Virus record (IMG/VR): IMGVR_UViG_3300035696_001556
Location: 32,001-96,000 of that record
Length of the DNA: 64,000 nucleotides
Source: a virus
Direction: 5' to 3' (one strand)
Shown: positions 18,578-28,331 of the stretch, piece by piece
How the letters are laid out: every line of letters starts with the position of its first letter
Numbering within the stretch: the first letter of the stretch is position 1
Program-made: the position numbers and the translations under genes
Notes under the pieces: generated by a model
Databases searched by the model: none
The model's input: only the letters and a program-made list of their open reading frames with translations
What the model was told of the DNA's origin: nothing

Positions 18578-19012
18578 ATGGTATACGACTATAAGTGTAT
18601 AAAATGCGGGAACGTTGAAGAACAGTACCACGGCATGAACGAGACCCCAGAATTTTTTTGTTCTAAATGTGATAGTCCCATGGAAAGGATATTCACTATT
18701 AATAGAACTGGATTCATTATTCGAGGAGAAGCTCCCAGCAAAGTAGTCAAAGAACAGCGATACAGACAAAAACATAATGCTGATTTGAGTGTAAAGCAGG
18801 TCGAACGTTATGGAACAGGCCCTAAGCCCGTTCCGAATGTGGGTGGGGAAGAGGTAGGCTCCTGGTCCGAAGCTGCCAAATTAGCAAAGGATAAAGGCCT
18901 CAATACATCTTCTTACGAACCCATGATCGCCAAGGAAAAAGCTACAAGTAAAATATCTGGTATAAATGATAGCGCGTGGAAAAAAGTCAAAGAAGCAAAA
19001 GAAAAAGTATAA
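18578..19012 (+). CDS. FmdB-family zinc-ribbon protein
   Basis: YDYKCIKCG...E...H.M....FCSKC...MERI; GGAGG RBS. Confidence 0.75.
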   Translation: MVYDYKCIKCGNVEEQYHGMNETPEFFCSKCDSPMERIFTINRTGFIIRGEAPSKVVKEQRYRQKHNADLSVKQVERYGTGPKPVPNVGGEEVGSWSEAAKLAKDKGLNTSSYEPMIAKEKATSKISGINDSAWKKVKEAKEKV

Positions 19013-19041
19013 GGTAAATCAATGACTTAAGTGCTATTTTT

Positions 19042-19058
19042 GATTATCTATTAATATT
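19042..19058 (+). promoter_or_regulatory. putative late promoter motif
   Basis: GATTATCTATTAATATT. Confidence 0.5.
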
Positions 19059-19065
19059 AATTGCT

Positions 19066-19094
19066 AAGGTGTGTAGTTCATACACACCTTTTTT
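19066..19094 (+). terminator. perfect 10-bp inverted repeat plus T tract (terminator or RHH operator)
   Basis: AAGGTGTGTA-gttca-TACACACCTT-TTTT. Confidence 0.6.
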
Positions 19095-19109
19095 ATTTCT
19101 GAAATACAA

Positions 19110-19283
19110 ATGAAGCGTACAAACATACATCTGACGGAAGATGAGATTAAGAATCTCGACAAGATATCGGAGCGTTCGGAATTGAAAAAAGCTGAACTTA
19201 TCCGAAGAGCCGTTGATGATTTCATTGAGAATTATAAAATTTATGGTTTGACAATAAAAGGTATAACAGGAGTAGTGAGATGA
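19110..19283 (+). CDS. CopG/ribbon-helix-helix DNA-binding protein (57 aa, not in ORF track)
   Basis: MKRTNIHLTEDEIKNLDKISERSELKKAELIRRAVDDFI; stop overlaps the glycosyltransferase ATG (ATGA). Confidence 0.8.
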   Translation: MKRTNIHLTEDEIKNLDKISERSELKKAELIRRAVDDFIENYKIYGLTIKGITGVVR

Positions 19284-22200
19284 CCACAGATAGTAAATTA
19301 CTTAGCCTGAATCTTATCGTAGGCCCCGGTGAAGAAAAGGAATTAAAGCGATGTTTAGAGTCTTGTAAAGGAGACCTCTTCGATGAGATTTGTGTCACGG
19401 TTGCTACTCCAGATCCAAGTGAATCCCTTACGGCTATAGCCCTCGAGTATACCACAAATGTTACCTATTTCAAATGGATAAAGGATTTCTCTGCCGCGAG
19501 AAATTTCAACTTTGCTCAATCACATTGTACACATGTGCTTTGGTTGGATGCAGACGACGTCATCAAGCCTGATAATTATCAAAAGCTTCTAGCGCTGAAA
19601 CCGTCCCTTGCTGGTTTCGATATTATTTTGCTTCCCTATGTCTATGCTCACGATGACAAAGATAACCCTGCAGTAGTTCTACCTAGAGAGCGTATAATCA
19701 AAAATTGTCCAGAGATTTCCTGGCACGATCCTATTCATGAATATTTGAACATGGAACCACAGTTCAAGATGAAAAAAGAAGAGAACATTTTCATAGACCA
19801 TTACAGGACAAAGCCATTTAATCCAAAAAGAAATTTAGACCTTTTAAAAATAGAATATGAGAAGCCTAACTGTTCCGCTAGGATAAAGTTCTATTATGGC
19901 AAAGAACTTGCGGATAACAACGAATGGGATGCAGCTGTTCCAGTCCTTGAGCAATTAATAAATTCCGGAGAGGGCTTCAGGGATAATCTGGTGATAGCAT
20001 GCATAAAATTGTCTAGATACTATCACACAAAGAAAAATTACAATGCTGCGAAAGCCATAGCTCTTAAAGGTATAAGTTTCAGTAACTGCTATGCAGAAAA
20101 CTATCTTCTTTTGGGAGATGTTTATTGGGAACAAAAAGACAGGGATAATGCGACAAAATATTATTTGGAAGCCATGACAAAGAAAGTTGGTACCGCAGGG
20201 ATGTCTCAAGAGGCAGATTATTATAGATTCCTACCGGCATGGAGACTGGCCCAGGTATACCGAGAAATGTATGACTTCAAAAAAGCTTTAAAATACTGCG
20301 ATATAGCGATAGAATGTAAGCCGGATTCGAAGGAGTTGAAAGATTATCGTAATGACCTGGTAAGAAGCTCTTCCGCAGTAAAAACAGATCTTGTTATTAA
20401 AGATGAGGTTGAAAAAGCTTTTGAGGATTTGGCTAAAAAAATGAATCTCCACATGGAAGTTGAAACTAACAACATAGAGTATGCTAAATTGAAGATCAGT
20501 AAAATAATGAAAATGAAAATTGCTTGGATGCTCCCTTCTCTAAATATGGCCGAGCCTTCTACAAGAATAAGAAGAATCAATATACATAAGTATTTTGAAA
20601 AAGTCGGGACAGAAAGTGTCATTGTCGATAATTATAGAGGAAAAAATATATATGAGTTAAGGAATAAAGTAGCTGATTCAGATGTGGTTATTTTTACAAT
20701 ATATGGTTTTGAAGAATTAGAGCTGATGAAATACTTCAAGTCTTTAGGTAAAAAAATAATTTTTGATTTCAATGAGGCTATTTTTGGATATCCACTGCAA
20801 CATGAGTGTTTTAATCAAACCGATGTCGTTGTTACATGTTCAACAGTCCTTGCAGAAATGACCGCCAAAAGCGGATACACTAAACCCATAGCAGTCATAA
20901 AAGATGCTGTGGAAGACACACCAGACAAGCCGTCTGCAGTTTATGAGAATAGATATGAGAAGCCTAAAGCACTTTACATAGGTATGGGAGGTAACAGCTT
21001 TCTCGCTTCGGAATATCTTAAGGATGCAATCGATAGGGCTGGATATGATTTGATAATGATAACTGAATGGGATAATGCTACCAAGAAATGGGACCTTAAT
21101 ACCTGGCCTAAAGATATGTGTGCCTGCGATGTGGTGCTATGCCCTCAAAGGGTGGACGTCCAGCCAGCTAAAAGTAATGTCAAGGTTACAACCGCTATGG
21201 ATCTTGGTATGCCGGTCATAGCTTCTCCTCTCCAAGCATACAAGGAAATTATCAAGGATGGAGAGAATGGGTTTCTGTGTGATAAACAAGAGGAGTGGTA
21301 TAACGCCCTTATTAAACTCAAGGATCCGGAACTCAGAAAAAAAATAGGATTGGCCGGTAAAAACTCTATAGATGAATATTCTTTGGAGAGTATCGCCAAC
21401 AACTGGAGGATGCTGCTGGAAACAGTAGTATATGGACGTGTAAAATCCGTAATAGACAAAGAGGAGATAAAAGAAAGCGAGACACCAGAAAAAGCAAGAG
21501 ATCAAGTAGATATTATAATCACAAACTACAATAATGTCGAGTATCTTAAACTATGTGTCAGTTCTATAATGATGAATACTCTCCACCCATTTAATCTGAT
21601 TATTTCTGATGCAGGTAGTGATAAAGAAACGTGGGATTATCTTAACAGCTTAAAAGGTGTCACCATTTTAGGTAAACAGGGAGAACGTAAAAATTTCTCC
21701 CAGACTTGTAACGCAGGCATAGGTCAATCTACGACCAAATATTTTGTCATAATGAATTCAGACTTGATAGTATCAAAATGCTGGTTAACTCCTCTCGTTG
21801 AGAAAATGAACGGCATTAACAGGTTGGCAGCTTGTGGAGTCCTATCTAATTGTGATAGGGGTTGGTTACATGGGGTGCCTGGAAAACCTACATATCCTAT
21901 GAAGCTTCCTAAAGCAGATATAGAATTAGTACCAGGAATGAAGTATGACCAGATTAAACCGCATCTAGATGAGCTATGTAGTTTCATGCAGGAATCTAAT
22001 AAAAATAATGCTGGAAAATATATAAAACAAGATTGGGTGGCGGCTTATTGCACGATTTTTGCAAAGAGCGCTTTAGAAGAAGTTGGATATTTTGATACTC
22101 AATTCAAAAACGGCTGTGAGGATCTCGATTTGTGCAGAAGATTAAGTAATTGCGGATATGAGATAGGTCAAGCTATAGACTCTTTTGTGTTTCACTTCGG

Positions 22201-24670
22201 AGGTGTCTCTAGAGGAGCCTATCAATCTGAAAATAGAGAGTCTTACGATAAAGAAGATCAAGAGAATCATTTAATGTTTCAGAGGAAGTGGGAAAGACAG
22301 AAAGTTGTAATCTGGACTGGTCCAGCATGGGAACCATGGTCGAAAAAAGAAGTAGATAAAGGGATGGCAGGGTCTGAGACTTGGGCAACTTATTTAGCTG
22401 AAGCTTTTGCTAGAAAAAATTATGAAGTTACTATCTATAATGATATCCCTGGGGATAAGAATGGCTATATTTTGGAGCCCGTAGAGGGACTCAATAATCC
22501 TGTAAAATACAGGGATCATACTAGATTTAATGAGGATATCCAGTTCCAATATGTGGATTATCTGATAAGCTCCAGAAGTCTTGAAGCCATAAAAGCGAAT
22601 GTACATACTCATCACAGATATGTCATGATCCACGATATTTGGATTTCGGGAGACCCTAATTTTGATATCATGTCCTGGAAGATTGATGGATATGCTTACT
22701 TAAGTGAATGGCACAAACAGTTTTTATTGCAGCACCATAAGATACCGGAAAATAAGATGTTTTTAACTGCTAATGGTGAAAATTTTAAAAATTATGAGGA
22801 TGTAGATAGCTATGTTAAAAAGAATCAAGCTGTCTACAGTTCGAGTCCGGACAGAGGACTTTACGAACTTTTAACTGTTTTGCCAGTAATAAGAGAAAGC
22901 GTGCCAGATTTTCAGATAGTTGTAGCATATGGTTTTTATAACTGGGAATCTATGTGCAAAGCTAGAAAAGATGAAAAAGGATTACAAGCTATAGCTACCA
23001 TAAAAAAAGCCATGGAGCAGCCAGGAGTAGTTTACGTGGATCGGATAGATAAAAAGACTTTGGCTAAATACCAGAAAGAATCTAAAGTTTGGTTGTATCC
23101 TACATGGTTTAGCGAAACACAGTGCTGCCTTCCTGGTACAAAAATTGTAACTAATAGTGGTTTAAAAAATATAGAAGATGTTACCTCAGAAGATTGTGTA
23201 TATACACATAAGGCTAATTATAAAAAAGTGTCTAAAGCCATGTCCAGAGAGGCAGATGAAGACATTTATGAGATAAAAGTAGAATATTTAAAAGACCCAT
23301 TAAGAGTAACTGGGGAACATCCTATTTATGTTCTACAAAAAAAGAATATAAAATGTTTGAGAATTAGTCATATGGTATGTACAAAGAGAGGGGATCATTG
23401 TAAAACTGATTTTTGTTATTCTAGCCATTATGGTAAAAAATATTATACACCAGGAGCTTGTAAAAATTTAATAGAGAACAAAAATCCTTGTTGGTTAAAA
23501 TCTTCAGAGTTGCATGAAAAAGATTATTTAATATATCCTATCAACAAACTAAACAAGGAATTGGAAGATTTCTCTAATTTTGTTGTTAGTGATAAGCTAA
23601 TTGATGGGGTTATCCGAACAAATAAAACAAAAAGGGGTAGGCCACACGGTATTGAAAATTTCACGATGAATGAAGACTTTTTGGAACTGTGTGGATGGTA
23701 TGTCTCTGAAGGCTGCTTCGATTCGATATCAAGAATCCATTTTGCCCTCAATAAAAAAGAAGAAAAAGAAGCAGTTTTTATAGAAACCCAACTTCAAAAA
23801 TTGAAGTTAAAAACAAAAAGATACTACGCGAAAGATACTAAATCTTTGAGCGTCTCCACTAGTTCCGTAGTGTTAGGTAGGTTTTTTGTGGATAATTTTG
23901 GTTCAGGTGCTGAAAACAAACATATACCTGAATGGATTAAAAATTTAGGACCACAATACCTTAAATACTTTTTGAAAGGTATACTAAAAGGTGATGGTAG
24001 TAAAAATGTTGGATGTACAGTTATTAACTCTGCTAGTGAAAATTTGATATATGATTTATTTGATATACTTTTGAAATTTAAATGTGTATCTTCTTTGGGT
24101 AATTTTGAAAAACCCAGACTTTATAAAATTAATGGAAAAGTTATGAGAGACTATACAGAAAAGTTAAAAGGGTATAGTCTGTCGTGCTCCATGTCACAAA
24201 ATCCAGAATTATTTAATTTTATTGGTTTTAAGGCTGTTGCGTCAAAAAAAATAAGTATTCACGGATTTTTTGACGAGGACAATGTTTATTTGCCTATTCG
24301 TAAAATATCAAAAAGTAGATATGTAGGTAAAGTCCACAATCTTGAGGTGAAAGAGGATAACTCCTATATTGCCAATGGTGTGACAGTTCATAACTGTATA
24401 ACCGCAACTACAGCTGGTTTGTCAAAATCTGCTATAGTTACTTCTAAATATGCCGGTTTAATTACCACTGTTGGAGATTCTGGCATACTTTTAGAGGGAA
24501 GCAGCACGTCTGCCGAGTATCTCAATAAATTCACTGAAGAAGCCATTAAACTTCTTAAAGACGAAGATTATAGAAGAACATGGGCTGAAAAGGCCTGGAA
24601 TAAGATGCAAATGTATTCTTGGGATAAAATAGCCAATGGATGGATAGAACAATTTAACAAGTTTAAATAA
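19280..24670 (+). CDS. giant multidomain glycosyltransferase (GT2-TPR, GT4-like, GT2, GT4-like), intein-containing
   Basis: DFSAARN...WLDADD...IHEY (SunS/SgtA-like GT2), TPRs, GMPVIASP...DGENGFL, second GT2 (MNSD, EDLDLC, HFGGVS), YSSSPDRGL...YPTWFSET. Confidence 0.9.
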   Translation: MTTDSKLLSLNLIVGPGEEKELKRCLESCKGDLFDEICVTVATPDPSESLTAIALEYTTNVTYFKWIKDFSAARNFNFAQSHCTHVLWLDADDVIKPDNYQKLLALKPSLAGFDIILLPYVYAHDDKDNPAVVLPRERIIKNCPEISWHDPIHEYLNMEPQFKMKKEENIFIDHYRTKPFNPKRNLDLLKIEYEKPNCSARIKFYYGKELADNNEWDAAVPVLEQLINSGEGFRDNLVIACIKLSRYYHTKKNYNAAKAIALKGISFSNCYAENYLLLGDVYWEQKDRDNATKYYLEAMTKKVGTAGMSQEADYYRFLPAWRLAQVYREMYDFKKALKYCDIAIECKPDSKELKDYRNDLVRSSSAVKTDLVIKDEVEKAFEDLAKKMNLHMEVETNNIEYAKLKISKIMKMKIAWMLPSLNMAEPSTRIRRINIHKYFEKVGTESVIVDNYRGKNIYELRNKVADSDVVIFTIYGFEELELMKYFKSLGKKIIFDFNEAIFGYPLQHECFNQTDVVVTCSTVLAEMTAKSGYTKPIAVIKDAVEDTPDKPSAVYENRYEKPKALYIGMGGNSFLASEYLKDAIDRAGYDLIMITEWDNATKKWDLNTWPKDMCACDVVLCPQRVDVQPAKSNVKVTTAMDLGMPVIASPLQAYKEIIKDGENGFLCDKQEEWYNALIKLKDPELRKKIGLAGKNSIDEYSLESIANNWRMLLETVVYGRVKSVIDKEEIKESETPEKARDQVDIIITNYNNVEYLKLCVSSIMMNTLHPFNLIISDAGSDKETWDYLNSLKGVTILGKQGERKNFSQTCNAGIGQSTTKYFVIMNSDLIVSKCWLTPLVEKMNGINRLAACGVLSNCDRGWLHGVPGKPTYPMKLPKADIELVPGMKYDQIKPHLDELCSFMQESNKNNAGKYIKQDWVAAYCTIFAKSALEEVGYFDTQFKNGCEDLDLCRRLSNCGYEIGQAIDSFVFHFGGVSRGAYQSENRESYDKEDQENHLMFQRKWERQKVVIWTGPAWEPWSKKEVDKGMAGSETWATYLAEAFARKNYEVTIYNDIPGDKNGYILEPVEGLNNPVKYRDHTRFNEDIQFQYVDYLISSRSLEAIKANVHTHHRYVMIHDIWISGDPNFDIMSWKIDGYAYLSEWHKQFLLQHHKIPENKMFLTANGENFKNYEDVDSYVKKNQAVYSSSPDRGLYELLTVLPVIRESVPDFQIVVAYGFYNWESMCKARKDEKGLQAIATIKKAMEQPGVVYVDRIDKKTLAKYQKESKVWLYPTWFSETQCCLPGTKIVTNSGLKNIEDVTSEDCVYTHKANYKKVSKAMSREADEDIYEIKVEYLKDPLRVTGEHPIYVLQKKNIKCLRISHMVCTKRGDHCKTDFCYSSHYGKKYYTPGACKNLIENKNPCWLKSSELHEKDYLIYPINKLNKELEDFSNFVVSDKLIDGVIRTNKTKRGRPHGIENFTMNEDFLELCGWYVSEGCFDSISRIHFALNKKEEKEAVFIETQLQKLKLKTKRYYAKDTKSLSVSTSSVVLGRFFVDNFGSGAENKHIPEWIKNLGPQYLKYFLKGILKGDGSKNVGCTVINSASENLIYDLFDILLKFKCVSSLGNFEKPRLYKINGKVMRDYTEKLKGYSLSCSMSQNPELFNFIGFKAVASKKISIHGFFDEDNVYLPIRKISKSRYVGKVHNLEVKEDNSYIANGVTVHNCITATTAGLSKSAIVTSKYAGLITTVGDSGILLEGSSTSAEYLNKFTEEAIKLLKDEDYRRTWAEKAWNKMQMYSWDKIANGWIEQFNKFK
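23123..24394 (+). mobile_element. intein (424 aa) with LAGLIDADG homing endonuclease
   Basis: CCLPGT block A, TGEHP block B, LCGWYVSEG and LKGILKGDGS, VHNLEV...VTVHN followed by +1 Cys. Confidence 0.95.
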
Positions 24671-24719
24671 ACCGTACTTATCTAGCCTTCCTGTTATTAT
24701 CCGCTGTATCTATAGCCCG

Positions 24720-24737
24720 TAATACTTTACTAATATT
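24720..24737 (+). promoter_or_regulatory. putative late promoter motif
   Basis: TAATACTTTACTAATATT. Confidence 0.55.
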
Positions 24738-24782
24738 TTTATTTCTAACAGAACCTATAAACCATTTGATAAAGGACTTCAG

Positions 24783-25196
24783 ATGATTGCTCCTAACGTG
24801 CATATATTTACTAACGCTCTAAAAATGATGGTTTATTGCGATTTCTTTTCATTTTACTCGGTTTATACAGCATACAATCTTTATTATTCATCGAGTTCTA
24901 GTTGGAGTGGAACACTTATCGGTAAATTTCCGAATGTCATAGATCTTCTATATTCAAAAAATCACGTTATGATTCCATTCACCAGGCCAGTCCCAGAAGC
25001 TTCTTCTTATTATCTGAGATTGGTTGGTGTCTTTTCCGGTGGAAGTGAAGATAGTAGCAATCCTGGCGCTATTAAGTATGTGCCAGCGGTATCCGAATCA
25101 CTTCCATTATACAAGCCAGTTCAGATTGAGGGCTTTGATGCAACAGATAATGTCTACAGGCCCGTCCTGGTTGATACCACTGGGAAACTTTTGTAA
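24783..25196 (+). CDS. putative structural protein (FN3/Ig-like)
   Basis: YNLYY...YYLRLVGV beta-strand pattern. Confidence 0.5.
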   Translation: MIAPNVHIFTNALKMMVYCDFFSFYSVYTAYNLYYSSSSSWSGTLIGKFPNVIDLLYSKNHVMIPFTRPVPEASSYYLRLVGVFSGGSEDSSNPGAIKYVPAVSESLPLYKPVQIEGFDATDNVYRPVLVDTTGKLL

Positions 25197-25209
25197 CATT
25201 ATCGCAAGA

Positions 25210-25227
25210 TGATACTCTACTAATATG
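25210..25227 (+). promoter_or_regulatory. putative late promoter motif
   Basis: TGATACTCTACTAATATG. Confidence 0.55.
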
Positions 25228-25274
25228 TGTTGAGTATTATCAGGATTAAACTGAATTTTTAACAGGAGGAAAAA

Positions 25275-25784
25275 ATGAGTGCCCCTTTAGTTAACACATT
25301 GAAGGTTTCCTATCTGGGAACCAATGTCGGAAAGATTTATCTTTCCGACCTGCAAAAGCGTCTTGGACTAGGTGGAGCCCAGGAAGGTGACTGGTACGGT
25401 GGTCAGGACGAGTACATCGTTTGGGGAGAAAAGAAAGTGCTTTTGCTTACTGGTGATGTTATTACCAGTATGACAAACGGTATTATAGCCCACTTCTCTA
25501 ATCCGACCAACACTGAGTGGAATACTTTGAATGGTGCCCCGCTTAGTCTTGATGTTGGCCTTCACACGGTTTACGAGAACCTACCAAGTATTCTGTTCAT
25601 GACCGGAACACTTCTTGGTCCTGCAGGTGGAGCCACAGGGATATGGGGTGGAACAGGCCTTGATTATGCGTGGTCTGATCAGTATCTTTCACAGTTGGCA
25701 ATAGACCAATGGGGTCCTGCAGTGAACGGCCCAACAGGAACTTGGGCAGGTCAAACAGGCTGGTATTACGGGAATGCGATCTAA
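25275..25784 (+). CDS. putative virion protein with x-T-G-rich C-terminus
   Basis: AGGAGG RBS, upstream motif and downstream terminator; MTG, ATG, GTG, PTG, QTG tripeptides. Confidence 0.7.
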   Translation: MSAPLVNTLKVSYLGTNVGKIYLSDLQKRLGLGGAQEGDWYGGQDEYIVWGEKKVLLLTGDVITSMTNGIIAHFSNPTNTEWNTLNGAPLSLDVGLHTVYENLPSILFMTGTLLGPAGGATGIWGGTGLDYAWSDQYLSQLAIDQWGPAVNGPTGTWAGQTGWYYGNAI

Positions 25785-25802
25785 TTGGTGAGTCAATATC
25801 TA

Positions 25803-25840
25803 GAGGCTATCGGAATGTGATAGTTCTGGTAGCCTTTTTT
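25803..25840 (+). terminator. intrinsic terminator
   Basis: AGGCTATCGGAA-loop-TTCTGGTAGCCT followed by a T tract. Confidence 0.75.
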
Positions 25841-25862
25841 GCATATACAATGTAAATAGCAT

Positions 25863-26156
25863 ATGGGGTATAAAATGGGAATCCATGGAGATCTTATACA
25901 GACAGACGAAGGCACGAAGACTTGTGATTTATATCTGGCAGCATTTTTTGTATCGGTGGATTGCCAAGTTCTAAAAACATCACGCGAAGGAAAAAAAGTT
26001 TACTTTTTGTTTGACAAAAACGAAATGATAGAGAAACTGAAAGTCTCTTATTTTACCAGGCAAGCTAAAGTGGACGCATTAACATATGCAGATAATATCA
26101 AATCACTTAAAAGCTTGTGTGCCAGTATAGTACACCAGGATATACCGAGGGCTTAA
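25863..26156 (+). CDS. DUF5659-like small phage protein
   Basis: DLYLAAFF...VYFLF...VDALTY..NIKSLK pattern recalled for this family. Confidence 0.6.
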   Translation: MGYKMGIHGDLIQTDEGTKTCDLYLAAFFVSVDCQVLKTSREGKKVYFLFDKNEMIEKLKVSYFTRQAKVDALTYADNIKSLKSLCASIVHQDIPRA

Positions 26157-26159
26157 TCT

Positions 26160-26423
26160 ATGTTTGATACATATCAAGGGTCAATAGGATCGATATCCCC
26201 GGCCTTTGGTGGATATAGCGTAGATTTTTATATAAACATTGACCGCGATCCAGGGATTACCGGAACTGCCGGATATACTGGGCCTGATTCTTATACAGGT
26301 CCCGGAGCAGCAGGAGTTACGGGTACGGGGTCTTTGGAACTCTGGAAAGTTGCTACAGGCCTCAATCATGGTGCGACAGGAACCTTTACGAACAATAGAT
26401 CCGATGAAGAAATCTATTTTTAA
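26160..26423 (+). CDS. small x-T-G-rich protein
   Basis: 87 aa with GITG, GYTG, SYTG, GVTGTG, VATG, GATG. Confidence 0.65.
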   Translation: MFDTYQGSIGSISPAFGGYSVDFYINIDRDPGITGTAGYTGPDSYTGPGAAGVTGTGSLELWKVATGLNHGATGTFTNNRSDEEIYF

Positions 26424-26435
26424 AGGGTAGAAAAT

Positions 26436-26948
26436 ATGTTACGCGTATCCGCTATAGAGGCCGCTAAGTTAGTTGTAGCGGCTTCATTTGTTTTAAAAGA
26501 CGATGTCAAGTTCGAAGGATTCGATGATGTCGGTGAGACTGAATTGTCTCATACCGTTAATGTTCGCAAAAACGGTGAGATGTCCGAGTACGAACAAGAA
26601 TTCAATCAACTGGATATATGGGCTGATCTGTCTTTGGGATTTACCGGAGAACCGCCAAACAGTTATAGAGTGTTTAATTCCATGATAGTTGACTGGGTCG
26701 ATGAACATGAAGATGAACTTAAAAAAATAATAAATCCAAAGCTTATACCATTTTTGAAAGAAAAATTTCCAGATTTGGATGTGTCGGATCTTAAAGAAGA
26801 TTTTGATGATTATATTTTTGAAGACCAGGTAGATTATGTTGCGGGTATTGATGAAGAGGATGGAAGGCTTCATTTTTGTATTGAGATGGTATTAGACATT
26901 GAGAATGAGGATGATGATAAAAATTTTGATAAAAAAGAGGAATCATAA
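26436..26948 (+). CDS. acidic hypothetical protein (TnpB target gene, replaced 3' end)
   Basis: 170-aa ORF; its C-terminal region is repeated in divergent form at 28197..28331. Confidence 0.75.
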   Translation: MLRVSAIEAAKLVVAASFVLKDDVKFEGFDDVGETELSHTVNVRKNGEMSEYEQEFNQLDIWADLSLGFTGEPPNSYRVFNSMIVDWVDEHEDELKKIINPKLIPFLKEKFPDLDVSDLKEDFDDYIFEDQVDYVAGIDEEDGRLHFCIEMVLDIENEDDDKNFDKKEES

Positions 26949-28197
26949 AAATAATTAATATTATGATAAATCGAGGATATAGAGTAGAAATAAAACCCAA
27001 CAACAAACAAAAGACTTTATTAAATAAGGCTTTTGGCGTGGCTCGCTTTGCCTATAATTGGGGCTTAGCGAGGCGTATAGAACTCTACAAAAATGAAAAG
27101 AAATCTTTGTCTGCTATAGATCAACACAAAGAATTGTGTATTCTTAAAAAAGAACAATTTCCTTGGATGTATGAAGTTTCAAAATGCGTTCCCCAAGAGG
27201 CTTTAATAGACTTAGAGGATGCATATAATAAGTTTTATAAATCTAATAAAAATTTTAGGTATCCTAAATTCAAAACCAAACACAAATCAAAAGATTCTTT
27301 TAGAGTATCTTCTGGAAATTTTTATATAACTGAATCTTCTATAAAGATACCAAAAATAGGACAAATAAAACTAAAAGAAAAGAGATATATACCAACAGCA
27401 GGTATAAAGTATAACTCAATCACAGTATCTAAAGACGCAAATAAATATTTTGTGTCCGTCCAGTGTGAAGTAGAAACCCCAGGTGTTACTGAGAAAAAAG
27501 AAACAGTTCTGGGTATTGATTTGGGGATAAAAACTTTACTTGTTTGCTCAAACGGTGAAATTTTTGATAACCCCAAAACAACCTATAAATATGAGAAAAA
27601 ACTGGCTCATGCCCAGAAAAACTTCAGTAGAACTAAAAAAGGATCTAAAAACAGAACCAAAGCCAATTTGAAAGTTCAAAAAATATACAGAAAAATTAAA
27701 AATAGTCGCATGAATAATCTTCACAGAGCTACCAGTGCCGTGGTGAAAACCAAGCCAAGATACATAGTTCTTGAAGATTTAAATGTAAAGGGTATGACTA
27801 AGAATCATCATTTAGCTAAAGCTGTTTCAGATGGATCTTTTGGGGAAATCTATAGGCAATTTAAATATAAAGCTTTATGGTATGGTTCTGAGATCATTGA
27901 CGCAGATAGATTCTATCCTAGTTCCAAATTATGTAGAAAGTGTGGACAGATTAAGGATGATTTAACCCTAGAGGATAGAGTCTATACCTGTGAGTGTGGC
28001 CATACCGAAGACAGAGATTTAAATGCGTCTATTAATTTAGAGGAATATGGTTTGAATACCCTCAGTTCGAGGGGAATTAAAGCCTGTGGAGAAAGTGTAA
28101 GACTTTTAGATGCTATTGATCTAGAAGCAGTTTCTACGAACCAGGAAGAAAACAATACAACTAATTTAGTTAGTTGTATATAAGTTTTTCAGAACGG
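26817..28197 (+). mobile_element. transposase-less IS607-type TnpB cassette carrying a recoded host-gene 3' end
   Basis: Right end ...TTTTTCAGAACGG; no tnpA; left boundary uncertain, at or upstream of the start of the duplicated segment. Confidence 0.65.
26963..28183 (+). CDS. tnpB: RNA-guided endonuclease TnpB (IS200/IS605/IS607 superfamily)
   Basis: N-terminal HTH (ARFAYNWGL), RuvC-I GIDLG, RuvC-II VLEDL, Zn finger CRKC...CEC, RuvC-III DRDLNAS; D-E-D triad intact. Confidence 0.95.
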   Translation: MINRGYRVEIKPNNKQKTLLNKAFGVARFAYNWGLARRIELYKNEKKSLSAIDQHKELCILKKEQFPWMYEVSKCVPQEALIDLEDAYNKFYKSNKNFRYPKFKTKHKSKDSFRVSSGNFYITESSIKIPKIGQIKLKEKRYIPTAGIKYNSITVSKDANKYFVSVQCEVETPGVTEKKETVLGIDLGIKTLLVCSNGEIFDNPKTTYKYEKKLAHAQKNFSRTKKGSKNRTKANLKVQKIYRKIKNSRMNNLHRATSAVVKTKPRYIVLEDLNVKGMTKNHHLAKAVSDGSFGEIYRQFKYKALWYGSEIIDADRFYPSSKLCRKCGQIKDDLTLEDRVYTCECGHTEDRDLNASINLEEYGLNTLSSRGIKACGESVRLLDAIDLEAVSTNQEENNTTNLVSCI

Positions 28198-28217
28198 AGG
28201 ACCAGGTAGATTATATG
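28056..28217 (+). ncRNA. putative omegaRNA (TnpB guide RNA) overlapping the tnpB 3' end, guide from about 28198
   Basis: GCCTGTGGAG scaffold-like motif, terminal hairpin ATACAACTAA-tttag-TTAGTTGTAT (28155-28179), end motif AACGG; boundaries approximate. Confidence 0.65.
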
Positions 28218-28331
28218 CCTGGCATTGATGACGAGGATAATCGACTTCGTTTCTCTATAGAGTTGGTGTTAGATATCGAGGACGATGAAGTAGCACCAGG
28301 GGATAAAGAAGAGCCAAAAACTAAGGAGTAA
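28197..28331 (+). pseudogene. orphaned 3' end (44 codons) of the 26436 gene
   Basis: EDQVDYMPGIDDEDNRLRFSIELVLDIE vs EDQVDYVAGIDEEDGRLHFCIEMVLDIE (21/28 identical); contains the AAGGAG RBS of the next gene. Confidence 0.85.

Noticed and set aside
26949-26962. IStron (group I intron + TnpB) explanation for the TnpB locus
   Set aside because: Only 14 nt separate the upstream stop from tnpB, leaving no room for a ribozyme core, and the upstream gene is already complete.
26820-28331. Ordinary target-site duplication
   Set aside because: The copies are >80 nt long and diverged with many synonymous changes; IS605/IS607 elements do not make such duplications.
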